DNA of 36,607 bases from a virus: the IMG/VR virus record IMGVR_UViG_3300006217_000229; one strand, given 5' to 3'. Positions 1 through 8,983 of the stretch are shown piece after piece (the stretch's first letter is position 1; every line of letters begins with the position of its first letter). Position numbers and translations under genes: made by a program. Under the pieces are notes generated by a model that made no database searches, was not told the DNA's origin, and saw only the letters and a program-made list of their open reading frames with translations.

Positions 1-1
1 A

Positions 2-1383
2 ACAGGAAAATATAAAGAATTTTTACCGTCTGAAAATTACATAACAATAAAAAAAGTGAAATATTATAATGGTGTTTTAGGGACAGAAAAAGGACATATA
101 CTGGAATTAGATGATAAAAATCCATTACTAAACGATGAGATAGCACAGAGTATTTATAATAAGATCATTAACCTTACATATATAAAATATACTTTAAAAC
201 ATACAAATCCTGACTTTGCGATGGATTGCGGAGATGGGGTATCAATAACGAATATAAAGAATGTAGAGTTTAGAAGCTATATCATGAAAAATGCTTGGGA
301 GTTTGATGGCGCTATTTCGCAGAATTGGGAAGCAAAAGGAGAAACTGAACTAGATAACTCATATTCTTCTAAAGGACCTATTACTCAAGAATTAGAAAGA
401 ATAGTAAAAGAAGAAATTCCAAGCGCAAAAGACGAAGCAATTTCTGTGGCAACTGAGCTTCTGACAAAATATAATGGTGGCTATGTCATAAAAAAAGATG
501 GAGAATTATTCATAGCTGATAACGAAGATTTAGATAAGGCACAACATGTGTGGAGATGGAATATAAATGGTTTAGGCTATTCTAGTACAGGAATAAAGGG
601 TCCATATCGGTTTAGCAATGACAATGGATGGTAAAATTGTTGCTGATTTTATTACGACAGGGACAATGAGTGCCGAGAGAATTAAACGGAGGTATGCTTA
701 GACTTGGAGGAGAGAACAATACAAATGGATCTATTCAAGTAGTAGATGCAGAAGGTAATGATTTAGTTAATATTAGTAAAGATGGACTAATACTGAATAA
801 TGGCGTTAAGCTAATAGGTAATGGAGGAGTTTTATCTAATTTACAGTTTAAGGCCTTTGGAGAAGGAAATCATGCTGGTGAATACTACTGGTTAGGCTTT
901 CTTGATACTTTTCAGGGAATTGATAAGTATAGTATGTTTATAGACATTTCAATTCCAGATAATTTCACAATTACTTCCGCTTATATAACTTTAAGACACA
1001 TTCCAATTGATGTAAATATGTCAGATGGTTCTGAAGTATATGGGTATGCAAGAAATGTGAAATGCTATTTGGCTGATATGGAAGCAGAAGCATATGTGTC
1101 AATGCAAGAGATGAGTGAATACTCAGCGCAAATAGATGGTATTAATTATGAAGAAATAGAAAATTGTTTTAATAATTCTAAAAATAGTTTTACTGCAGAG
1201 GTACCAAATAAAGATAAATTAAATATAACGGAGGTTATATCGGAAGATATTGGAGATAAAATACAAAAACACTGCAGAATAAAAATTGCGACAACAGATT
1301 CCACTCCTACTACTGCAAAGAATTGCTTTGCAAAAACTGGTTTCGTTTATGCTTTTATTAGTGTTTTTGGTTATTTGCAATAG
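2..1383 (+). CDS. Tail endopeptidase / tail-associated protein (Tal), C-terminal part; continues from 35872..36607 across the circular junction; recoded at CGG 608 and CGG 687
   Basis: Frame read from the window end continues exactly (KKGKYKEFLPS|ENYITIKKVKYYNGVLG...). Skipping C608 and C687 gives ...GIKGPYGLAMTMDGKIVADFITTGTMSAERIKGGMLRLGGENNTNGSIQV..., a typical siphophage tail motif string. Confidence 0.85.
608..611 (+). other. CGGT recoding site 1 (Tal), P-site codon TAT
   Basis: 0 frame PYR-FSNDNGW* ; minus C gives PYGLAMTMDGK. Confidence 0.85.
687..690 (+). other. CGGA recoding site 2 (Tal), P-site codon AAA
   Basis: 0 frame AERIKRRYA* ; minus C gives AERIKGGMLRLGG. Confidence 0.9.
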
Positions 1384-1389
1384 AAAGGA

Positions 1390-3016
1390 ATGGAATTTAA
1401 TATGAGTAAATTTACAGATTTTTTAAATCTTTTCAAATGGGACATTGAGACAGATGGGGAAGAAGAATTTAATATAGATAAGGCTTTAAATGAGAATTGG
1501 GACAAGATAAATAATAAGGTGAAGCAACATGTAAATAGTACAGATTTCATACATCAAAATGTAACACAGAATAAAGATGGATTTATGAGTAAAGAAGACA
1601 AACAAAAAATTGATGAAATAGAAGATAAAGCCCAAGTAAATAAAATTGAAAAAATAAAAAAGAATGGAAATGAATTGCCAATAGCAGATAAAGAGGTTGA
1701 TATTGAATTAGATAAGAACGATGTAGGATTAGGAAATGTTGATAATACTTCAGATGAGGACAAGCCAATTAGTAACTTGCAACAAGAAGAATTTAACAAC
1801 TTAGAACAAGCAATTAATGAATTAGATCCATCTAAGATAATTAATGAAGCAACAGAAGTAAATGATGAAGATTTGCTTTTAGTAGTACAAAATGGAGTAA
1901 AAAAGAAAGTACCAGCTAGTAAGGTAGGAACAGGAGGACCAGGAGGAACAGGAAACACCGTTATATATGATAAAGTCCCAATTGGTACAATTGTTGAATT
2001 TGGTGGAGAAAACGCTCCAATTGATTGGCTTATGTGTGATGGACAAGAAGTAAGCAGAACAACTTATTCAGAATTATTTGCAGTAATAGGAACGATTTAT
2101 GGCGAAGGGGATGGAAGTACAACATTTAATTTACCAGATTATCGTGGGAAAGTTGGTATTGGATTAGATAGTACAGATACTGATTTTGATAGTATTGGTA
2201 ATACGGGTGGAGAAAAAGAGCATCTTTTAGTTAAAGATGAAATTCCTGGGCATAGCCACTCAGTGAATGTTACAAAGTCAACAGGAGGAGATGGAACTGG
2301 TAGCTATGGTATTCAAATGAGACAATCAAATTCGTATTCAGGTGCAGATATATCGGAAAAAACAACTGCTAATAATTATAATGGAATATTAGTTAGTGGC
2401 GGGGGAGATCAATCTCACAACAACTTACAGCCCTATGTGGTAACAAATTATATTATAAAGGCAAAGAAGAGCGCAGTATCAGCAACAGGAGATATACTAC
2501 CCGTGCGGAAGTATTCATATATCCAGCACTAATGAAAACCCATCTGATAAGCTAGGAGGTACTTGGGAATTAATAGATAAAGAGTTTAAGTATTATACAG
2601 GGACTTTAACAGAAGGAACTCATTACGAAATAAACAATACTAATTGTGCGGGTGCTGCGGTAGTAATGCAAAGAGCAGGACACAACGTATGGCTTAGAAT
2701 TAATATAAAAAATAAAGTTGCGGTAGGAGATTCTTCACTAGAAATGCTTACTTTTGATTTTGAAAAAATGGGATTTAAAAACCTTTCTCATACAATCACT
2801 AATGGAATGGGGGCTAGTGATGGAGGTAATGGAATAGCTTTATATACATTAAATTATTCAACAGGAGTATTTGAAACTGTTGACTCAATCGTAAAAGGGA
2901 GTACAGCAAGTATGGCAGTGGATAGTCAATTATATTTTCATACCACACAGAATATAAATCCTGCCGTTATGGACGATTCTGTATGTGATAAATTCTATTG
3001 GGAAAGAACTGCGTAG
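1390..3016 (+). CDS. Tail fibre / receptor-binding protein with microcyclamide/collar-type domain; recoded at CGG 2506
   Basis: GTIVEFGGENAPIDWLMCDGQEVSRTTYSELFAVIGTIYGEGDGSTTFNLPDYRGKVGIG collar motif; downstream frame after skipping C2506 gives LPVGSIHISSTNENPSDKLGGTWELIDKEF. Confidence 0.85.
2506..2509 (+). other. CGGA recoding site 3 (tail fibre), P-site codon GTG
   Basis: 0 frame PVRKYSYIQH* ; minus C gives PVGSI...NPSDKLGGTWELI, the conserved YPVGSI...GGTWE collar motif. Confidence 0.9.
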
Positions 3017-3028
3017 GAGGTGTAAAAT

Positions 3029-3347
3029 ATGGACAATGTAAAGACTTTAGAAAGAATTGCTAGATTAGAGCAAAATGATAAATCAGCACAGCACCGACTA
3101 AGTGAGCTAGAAGAAGAAGTAAAAGAAAATAGAGAATTAACCATAGCAGTAAAAGAAATAGCAACAGAAATGAAATATCTAAGAGAAGAACAATCAAGTA
3201 TGAGAGATGAACAAGCAAATATGAATGATAGATTAAAAGTAATAGAAGAAAAACCAGCTAAAAACTGGGATAATTTAATAAAAATAATAATAACTCGGAT
3301 TTGCTACAGCAATTCTGGGTTATTTTTTAGCAAAATTAGGATTATAA
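3029..3347 (+). CDS. XhlA/hemolysin-like phage lysis-module protein (coiled coil plus C-terminal TM); recoded at CGG 3296
   Basis: MDNVKTLERIARLEQNDKSAQHRLSELEEEVKENRE... ; minus C3296 the C-terminus becomes WDNLIKIIITGFATAILGYFLAKLGL*, a TM helix. Confidence 0.75.
3296..3299 (+). other. CGGA recoding site 4 (XhlA-like), P-site codon ACT
   Basis: 0 frame IIITRICYSNSG... ; minus C gives IIITGFATAILGYFLAKLGL*. Confidence 0.85.
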
Positions 3348-3360
3348 AGGAGTGAAGATT

Positions 3361-4899
3361 ATGGACAGAATAGATAAAAAGAAAGTAATAATAACAGCAA
3401 TTGTAACATTAGTATTAACAATTGCAGGAATGATATTTGGAATTACATATACTGATAATGATATAAAAGAAATATCAGAAGGTATAGAAACAGTAGTAAA
3501 TATAGTAGACAACCAATCTACTACAGAAATTCCAGAATTGTATTTAGAAGATGAGCAAAATCTTGAAGAGCAAGAAGTAGAAAGCGAATCTTTTGAATTG
3601 CAACGGAGAAATTGCTTATAATGGTTCTAGTGAATACCCAAATATAAAATTGGGGAATTATTCAGGACTTACATATTATTCACAAATAGATTCTCGTTGG
3701 AAAAATAAATTATATACAAGTACAAATAACCAAACTCAAACAATGGGAAGTTCAGCATGTGGACCAACATGTCGGAGCAATGGTGGTGTCAAGTATTCGA
3801 GGGAATATTACACCACCAGAGATGGCTGATTTATATGTAAAATATGGATTTAGAAGTGCTTCTAATGGAACATATTGGTCTGCGTTCAGATGGACAGCAG
3901 ATGTGTTTGATATAAATTATAAAGAAACAATATACTTAGATGAAGCATGTAAATTGTTACAAGATAATTATTATCTGATAGTAGCTTGTGGAAATGGTCT
4001 TTTTACAACTCGGAGGACATTTCATAATGCTTTATGATTATGATGGTAAATATATAAAAGTATATGATCCATATTTGTATAGCGGCAAATTCAATACATC
4101 CACACGTAGAGGAAAAGCGATTGTAGATGGAAATACCGTATTAGTAACAAAAGATAATTTTAGAAATTATGCTAATTATGGAACATTCTTTGCTTTCAAA
4201 AATGATAGAACAAATAAAAAAGAAAATACTAATACAAATGTAACAACAGCAACATATACAAGATATGTAAAAGTAAATTCTAGCTTAAACGTTAGAAGAG
4301 GACCTGGAACTAACTATTCATATGTAAAAAGTTTATACAATGGAAATAAAGTAACAGTATACGAAGAAAAAGGCAACTGGAGCAAAATTGGAACAAATGA
4401 ATGGGTATGTTCTGATTATTTAACAAATAGTAATATCGCTGTAAAAACTAATACAAATACACCAATTAACAACACAAATATTAAAAATACCGTTGGAGAA
4501 TATAGAAAACTAAAAGCGACAACAAATTTATATTCTAAATCAAATCTAACTGGAACAGTATATACATACTTAAAAAATACAGAAGTTAAGATACTTAAGA
4601 ATATTAGTTCAACTGTAGATTACGTTTATATAAAAGCAACAAATAGATATGCATACATTAAGACATCAGCATACACAAATTCTAACAAGATAGTTACTGC
4701 ATCAAATAGCCTAGCAGGGCAAACTAAAGTATTTAAATCTAATACAACTATATATGCTTATAGCACGATGCAGGGAAAATACTATAGCTATTTGCCAAAC
4801 ACAAGAGTACAAGTATTAAAAGATTTGGGTAATATAGATTATATATACGTAAAAGCAACAAATAGATACGGCTATGTATATGAAAGTGTGTATAAATAA
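3361..4899 (+). CDS. Endolysin: N-terminal TM segment, C39-like papain-fold peptidase, SH3 repeats; recoded at CGG 3604, 3773, 4011
   Basis: Conceptual product ...ESFELQGEIAYNGSSEYPNIKLGNYSGLTYYSQIDSRW...SSACGPTCGAMVVSSIRGNITPPEMADLYVKYGFR...GNGLFTTGGHFIMLYDYDG...YVKVNSSLNVRRGPGTNYSYVKSLYNGNKVTVYEEKGNWSKI... Confidence 0.85.
3604..3607 (+). other. CGGA recoding site 5 (endolysin), P-site codon CAA
   Basis: 0 frame ELQRRNCL* ; minus C gives ELQGEIAYNGSSEYP. Confidence 0.85.
3773..3776 (+). other. CGGA recoding site 6 (endolysin active-site region), P-site codon TGT
   Basis: Break lies directly after the catalytic GPTC; minus C gives CGPTCGAMVVSSIRG. Confidence 0.95.
4011..4014 (+). other. 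CGGA recoding site 7 (endolysin catalytic His motif), P-site codon ACT
   Basis: 0 frame FTTRRTFHNAL* ; minus C gives FTTGGHFIMLYDYDGKYIKVYDP. Confidence 0.95.
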
Positions 4900-4973
4900 A
4901 ATATTGAAAGTATAACAAAATAATGCTATAATAAATATAGAAATAAACTTTATAGATTAAGTTTATTGGGGGC

Positions 4974-5009
4974 AAGAGGCTAGTCGAGTTAAAGGCTAGT
5001 CTCTTTTTT
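4974..5009 (+). terminator. Probable rho-independent terminator downstream of the lysis gene
   Basis: AGAGGCTAG...CTAGTCTCTTTTTT stem with one G:U pair followed by a T run. Confidence 0.7.
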
Positions 5010-5076
5010 ATTGCAATTTTACAAATAATAAAGTATAATTACTCTAAAAGTTATTAAATAACTTAAGGAGTATAAA

Positions 5077-5454
5077 ATGAAAAAGAAGAACATATATTTA
5101 GAAATAAGAAAGCTAAGAAAAAAATTAGATAAGAGTGTAGAGAAAAACGGAACAGAAGCAGAAGAGACAAAAAGAATATCGCATGAGATGGATCAACTAG
5201 TAAATGAATATTATGAAAGTAGAAAGATAAGAGATTACCCAGAATGGAGCGAATTTGTTGATTACTACAAAGACTCATATGAAGCATTAAAGAAAGTAAC
5301 AAAAGAATTTAATGAATTTCCCACTGTGCATGCTTGGGACAAATTCGCACAAGAAAATAATTATCTCAGTTGCACTTCAATTCAATATATATCTAAACTC
5401 GATTGGCATAAATTAAGAACAAAAATACAAGCTGAAATCAATGCTAAAATTTAA
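5077..5454 (+). CDS. Small protein with Spo0E-like N-terminal motif
   Basis: IRKLRKKLDKSVEKNGTEAEETKRISHEMDQLVNEYYES resembles the Spo0E-like helical hairpin signature; motif recognition only. Confidence 0.5.
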   Translation: MKKKNIYLEIRKLRKKLDKSVEKNGTEAEETKRISHEMDQLVNEYYESRKIRDYPEWSEFVDYYKDSYEALKKVTKEFNEFPTVHAWDKFAQENNYLSCTSIQYISKLDWHKLRTKIQAEINAKI

Positions 5455-5478
5455 TTAAAAAAATTTAAAAAACTTTTT

Positions 5479-5509
5479 CCGCTGTTTGCAATGCTTACAG
5501 CGGTTTTTT
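5479..5509 (+). terminator. Rho-independent terminator
   Basis: CCGCTGT-ttgcaatgctt-ACAGCGG-TTTTTT, perfect 7-bp stem and T run. Confidence 0.9.
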
Positions 5510-5713
5510 GTCGAAAATGGGGTTTGCGATTTATATTTACTACATGATACAATTTTAACAGATATGAAAAATATATTTTAATTAAAAAAAATAAAATTAA
5601 ATTATAAAAAACTTTTGTAACTGTTGATACTGTAAGAAAAGAAATAATGAAAAATCTTTCTGTTCAATGTTGACTTTTAAAATATGTTTATAATATCATT
5701 TTTATATAAGAAA

Positions 5714-5816
5714 AGAGATAGCCCACTCGCAATGGAAAACTATCTCTAATCACGAATACTCATCAATGGAGTATATATTCATTTTATACTTCATTGATGC
5801 AAATGTCAATGGAGGT
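5714..5816 (+). promoter_or_regulatory. Structured leader with two perfect inverted repeats before a small ORF
   Basis: AGAGATAG(5714)...CTATCTCT(5740) and CATCAATG(5761)...CATTGATG(5792). Confidence 0.45.
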
Positions 5817-5822
5817 ATGTAT

Positions 5823-5963
5823 ATGGAAAAATTAATTGTAGAAGAGAGTGAGATTATCAAAGAGGAAGATTATCAAAGAATTAAAAAAGAGATAAATAAA
5901 AAAGATAATTGGTTCACGAAAGAGGAGATGTTTGGACTTACGGAATTTTACAGAAAAAATTAG
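5823..5963 (+). CDS. Small acidic protein of unknown function next to attP
   Basis: MEKLIVEESEIIKEEDYQRIKKEINKKDNWFTKEEMFGLTEFYRKN* with GGAGG 7 nt upstream. Confidence 0.6.
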   Translation: MEKLIVEESEIIKEEDYQRIKKEINKKDNWFTKEEMFGLTEFYRKN

Positions 5964-5983
5964 CGTAATTTTAGCGTAATTTA
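5960..5983 (+). repeat. Arm-type integrase binding-site candidate, left pair
   Basis: ttagcgtaattttagcgtaattt, tandem TTAGCGTAAT, matched on the other side of the attP core at 6191-6213. Confidence 0.65.
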
Positions 5984-6099
5984 TATGCAAAAGTAGGTAT
6001 TTTTATGCTTTACCATGCAGTTGTAAAATGTACATTGAGGCTTAGGGTACCAATAGATACATTGAATTTATAGTAGAATGGGAAGAACTCGAAAAAGTT

Positions 6100-6144
6100 C
6101 TCATAACCCGAAGGTCGATAGTTCGAGTCTATCCCCCGCAACCA
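6100..6144 (+). other. attP core: 3' 45 nt of an initiator tRNA-fMet gene, including CAT anticodon and CCA end
   Basis: CTCATAACCCGAAGGTCGATAGTTCGAGTCTATCCCCCGCAACCA matches the 3' half of bacterial tRNA-fMet; no 5' half is present; adjacent to the 3' end of the integrase gene. Confidence 0.85.
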
Positions 6145-6154
6145 CTAATACCAA

Positions 6155-6187
6155 AGGTTCTAGCGATTTGTTAGAACCTCATTTTTA
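6155..6187 (+). terminator. Perfect 8-bp hairpin with T-rich tail between attP core and integrase
   Basis: AGGTTCTA-gcgatttgt-TAGAACCT-catttttat. Confidence 0.6.
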
Positions 6188-6190
6188 TAT

Positions 6191-6213
6191 TTTAGCGTAA
6201 TTTTAGCGTAATA
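6191..6213 (+). repeat. Arm-type integrase binding-site candidate, right pair
   Basis: tttagcgtaattttagcgtaat. Confidence 0.65.
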
Positions 6214-6224
6214 TGGTGTAAAAA

Positions 6225-7295
6225 TTAAAACAAGTTTTCTAAAACTTCACTTGCTTTTTTATCTTCCTCGGGTATTTCATCTAAATAATAATTTACACCA
6301 GTTGAAGGTAAATGCCCTAATCTTTTGGCAGCATTTACGACATCTATTCCTTTGTTAACTAATATACTTTCATTTAATGGTCTTAGATCTTTTAATTTTA
6401 TTACTCTCAAGTTATTATCTTTTAAGAACTGTTTGAAATTTTTTGAAAACGTGTCTGGATGCATAGTAAATAGTTTTGTACTTTTGTCAGGTCTTCCTAA
6501 ATAATTATAGTATTCTTCTACTTTTTTAATATAAGATTTAGGAACATAGAATAATCTATTCTTTCCAGTTTTTATATCTTTTTCTTGAGTTCCTCCATTT
6601 ACTTTTATTTTATTTGAGTTAAAATCTATAGAACATATTTCAAAGTCAAAATCTTCAAAAGCTAATCCTATAACTTCTCCACGTCTTGCACCTGTATAAA
6701 AAGAAGTATATGTTGCAATTTGAAGCTCTTTATCTTCTAAAAGTTCTAATTTTTCTAAGAACTCTTTTACTTCTTCATAAGAATATAAAATAACTTTCTT
6801 TTTTCGCTTTTCAAAATTTTTAGGTATATTAACTTTGTCAGCTACATTATATTCTATGTAATCCCACTCAACAGCCTTACTTAAAATTGATGAGATTAGC
6901 TTTATATAGTTTGTCGCAGTTTTAGAAGATAAATTATATTCCTTGACTAATTTATTCGCAAATTCTTGAATTTGAAGCCTCTTAATTTTATTTAATTTCA
7001 TTCGACCTATTTCATCTAATATGTATTTGTTCAGTCTGGATTTATAGTCTTGTAATGTAGTAGGCGATAAGTTATCTGTTGCATACTTATCTATAAATAA
7101 TTGAGCAAATTCTGTAAAAGTCATTCCGTTATCTTTTCTATATATACCTTTTTCCACTTCTGTAACAAATAAAGATAACTTTTTATCAGCTTCTGTAGTA
7201 GAGTTAGCTGTAACATATTGACTATATCTTTCTCCATCGCACATATATTCTAATCGCCATCTATTATTTCCAGTTTTTCTTTTAGTTCCAGCCAT
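6225..7295 (-). CDS. int: Tyrosine-type site-specific integrase
   Basis: MAGTKRKTGNNRWRLEY...TPTTLQDYKSRL...YTGARRGEVIGLAFEDFDF...RLGHLPSTGVNYYLDEIPEEDKKA; N-terminal arm-binding domain. Confidence 0.9.
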   Translation of the reverse strand: MAGTKRKTGNNRWRLEYMCDGERYSQYVTANSTTEADKKLSLFVTEVEKGIYRKDNGMTFTEFAQLFIDKYATDNLSPTTLQDYKSRLNKYILDEIGRMKLNKIKRLQIQEFANKLVKEYNLSSKTATNYIKLISSILSKAVEWDYIEYNVADKVNIPKNFEKRKKKVILYSYEEVKEFLEKLELLEDKELQIATYTSFYTGARRGEVIGLAFEDFDFEICSIDFNSNKIKVNGGTQEKDIKTGKNRLFYVPKSYIKKVEEYYNYLGRPDKSTKLFTMHPDTFSKNFKQFLKDNNLRVIKLKDLRPLNESILVNKGIDVVNAAKRLGHLPSTGVNYYLDEIPEEDKKASEVLENLF

Positions 7296-8269
7296 TATTT
7301 CATCTCCATTTTACCAATGTATTTACCGATTACTTTTATTTCTGTATCTTTTCCATATACTTGTGTTTCAAATGAATTATCTGTACTCTGGGGCTCTAAT
7401 ATAATTAAATCTCCCTGTTTGCTAAATTTCTTTAAAGTAGCATCATAACCATTTACTAATACAACTGCTATTTCTCCATTTTCTACAAAATCTGTTTTTC
7501 TTATAAGTGCATAGGCACCGTTTTTAATGACTTTGTTCATACTTTCCCCATTTACGCGTAAGAAGATACATTCCTCTGGGTTAGTAATGTTCATCATATC
7601 TGGATCAATAGGTAATCTTCCTTCAATACATTCTTCAGCCCAATTTGGTTGTCCCGCACTTATACGGCCATATACTGGACACATGTAGAATTTAGAAGAT
7701 TTGCTAATGCTTGAAGGTGATGTTGAGTAGCGCATAGAATAAATTTTATCTCTTAAATTTTTCGACTGTAAACAATATTGTATAAAAAACAGTAATTTTT
7801 TTTCAATTTTTCTCTTAGAGTTTTCAGTAAGAAAATCCATGTTATCAAAATAAGGCTGGATTTCTTTTCGTATTTCATTTTCAGTTAAATTATCAAGAGA
7901 ATATATATCAATTATTTCGCATAAATCTTTATAAATTTCTTGGTCTTCTACTGAAAGATCTATGGAAGAAATTATATCTAGAAAATTTTCTTCTAGTTGC
8001 TCATAGAAATCCTTTAGAGTTTCTATTTCTAATAAATTAGAATCAGTATATCCACAAATTTTCATTAAATCAGTATAAGTAACAATTCCATTGGAAGCTA
8101 TAGATAATTTTTGTAGAATTTTTGGTTTAGGTGGTTCTTCTAATTTCATATTCATATATTGAGATAGGTATGTTCTATTAATCCCAGACTTTTTGGAAAA
8201 ATCTCTTTGGCTATCATAATTTTCGTTGATGTTTTTTAAAATTTGTGCAAATTTATTTTTATTAAACAT
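7295..8269 (-). CDS. CI/LexA-like repressor, HTH plus S24 peptidase domain
   Basis: DFSKKSGINRTYLSQYMN HTH; YGRISAGQPNW...EECIFLRVNGESMNKVIKNGAYALIRK S24 motif. Confidence 0.9.
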   Translation of the reverse strand: MFNKNKFAQILKNINENYDSQRDFSKKSGINRTYLSQYMNMKLEEPPKPKILQKLSIASNGIVTYTDLMKICGYTDSNLLEIETLKDFYEQLEENFLDIISSIDLSVEDQEIYKDLCEIIDIYSLDNLTENEIRKEIQPYFDNMDFLTENSKRKIEKKLLFFIQYCLQSKNLRDKIYSMRYSTSPSSISKSSKFYMCPVYGRISAGQPNWAEECIEGRLPIDPDMMNITNPEECIFLRVNGESMNKVIKNGAYALIRKTDFVENGEIAVVLVNGYDATLKKFSKQGDLIILEPQSTDNSFETQVYGKDTEIKVIGKYIGKMEMK

Positions 8270-8334
8270 ATATAACCCTCCCTTAAAACTCTCTATTATA
8301 GTATAAATCAAGGGTTTAGAAAAGTCAACAAAAC

Positions 8335-8353
8335 TGTTAAAAAAAGTTGACCA
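8335..8353 (+). promoter_or_regulatory. Operator-like repeat A
   Basis: tgttaaaaaaagttgacca; related to sites B and C. Confidence 0.5.
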
Positions 8354-8359
8354 AAAGTA

Positions 8360-8388
8360 TTGACATTCAAAATGTTATTTAGTATAAT
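8360..8388 (+). promoter_or_regulatory. Early lytic promoter
   Basis: TTGACA-17 nt-TATAAT between divergent repressor and Cro-like genes. Confidence 0.8.
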
Positions 8389-8393
8389 GCAAA

Positions 8394-8413
8394 TGGTTAG
8401 AAAAAATTAACCA
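8394..8413 (+). promoter_or_regulatory. Operator-like repeat B
   Basis: tGGTTAgaaaaaatTAACCa inverted repeat. Confidence 0.6.
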
Positions 8414-8432
8414 AAAACAAGGAGGCGAAAAA

Positions 8433-8648
8433 ATGGAAATAAATATAGAAGAATTATTGCAATTATTAAAAAATAGATTTGAAGGCAATCAAGCTAAGAT
8501 GGCAAGAGTTCTAGGCGTTAATCGATACCAATTGAATATGGTTTTAAACAATAATGGAAAATGTGCAGGTAAAAAAATAATTGGCGCTATTATTAAGTAT
8601 TGTGATATTAATGAGCTAGATTTTCATAAATATATTTTTTTGCAATAG
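8433..8648 (+). CDS. Cro-like HTH protein
   Basis: MEINIEELLQLLKNRFEGNQAKMARVLGVNRYQLNMVLNNNGKCAGKKIIGAIIKYC. Confidence 0.7.
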   Translation: MEINIEELLQLLKNRFEGNQAKMARVLGVNRYQLNMVLNNNGKCAGKKIIGAIIKYCDINELDFHKYIFLQ

Positions 8649-8650
8649 TT

Positions 8651-8669
8651 AGTTAAAAAAAATTAACCA
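8651..8669 (+). promoter_or_regulatory. Operator-like repeat C
   Basis: aGTTAaaaaaaatTAACca inverted repeat. Confidence 0.5.
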
Positions 8670-8677
8670 AAGAAGGG

Positions 8678-8969
8678 ATGTGTATGGAACAAAATTTATT
8701 AACAATAGAAGAAGTAAAAGAATATTTCAAAATAAAAGACACAAGAACAATTAACAAATTCATACAACAAGGGCTTAAATATGTTCCAGTTCGGAACTAG
8801 AGATAAAAGATTTGACCCTAAAGACTTAAAAGAATTTGTTGAAATACAAAAGCAAACAACACAATTTGATTTAGACATCAAACCAGTTAAAAGAAAAACA
8901 AAATCTAAGACAATAAATATAGATTTTCAAAAAAGAAAAATTAATCTTGAAATGAATAGAGTAGTCTAG
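8678..8969 (+). CDS. Excisionase-like/HTH DNA-binding protein; recoded at CGG 8792
   Basis: Skipping C8792: LLTIEEVKEYFKIKDTRTINKFIQQGLKYVPVGTRDKRFDPKDLKEFVEIQK, helix-turn-helix with conserved GL.Y.PVG.R..R motif. Confidence 0.75.
8792..8795 (+). other. CGGA recoding site 8, P-site codon GTT
   Basis: 0 frame KYVPVRN* ; minus C gives KYVPVGTRDKRFDPKDL. Confidence 0.9.
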
Positions 8970-8983
8970 AAAGGAGTTTACAA

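Noticed and set aside
1554-1958. Minus-strand ORF 1554..1958 and similar antisense ORFs (9415, 10467, 15835, 25428, 27405, 31154, 33260, 33620, 34388)
   Set aside because: They lie antisense to well-supported phage genes, lack RBS and have composition expected from the complement.
6100-6144. A complete phage-encoded tRNA gene (possible CGG decoder)
   Set aside because: Only the 3' half is present (no D-arm or 5' acceptor strand), so it is an attachment core. I saw no other tRNA by eye; tRNAscan-SE/ARAGORN with relaxed anticodon-loop length would be needed to exclude an unusual one.
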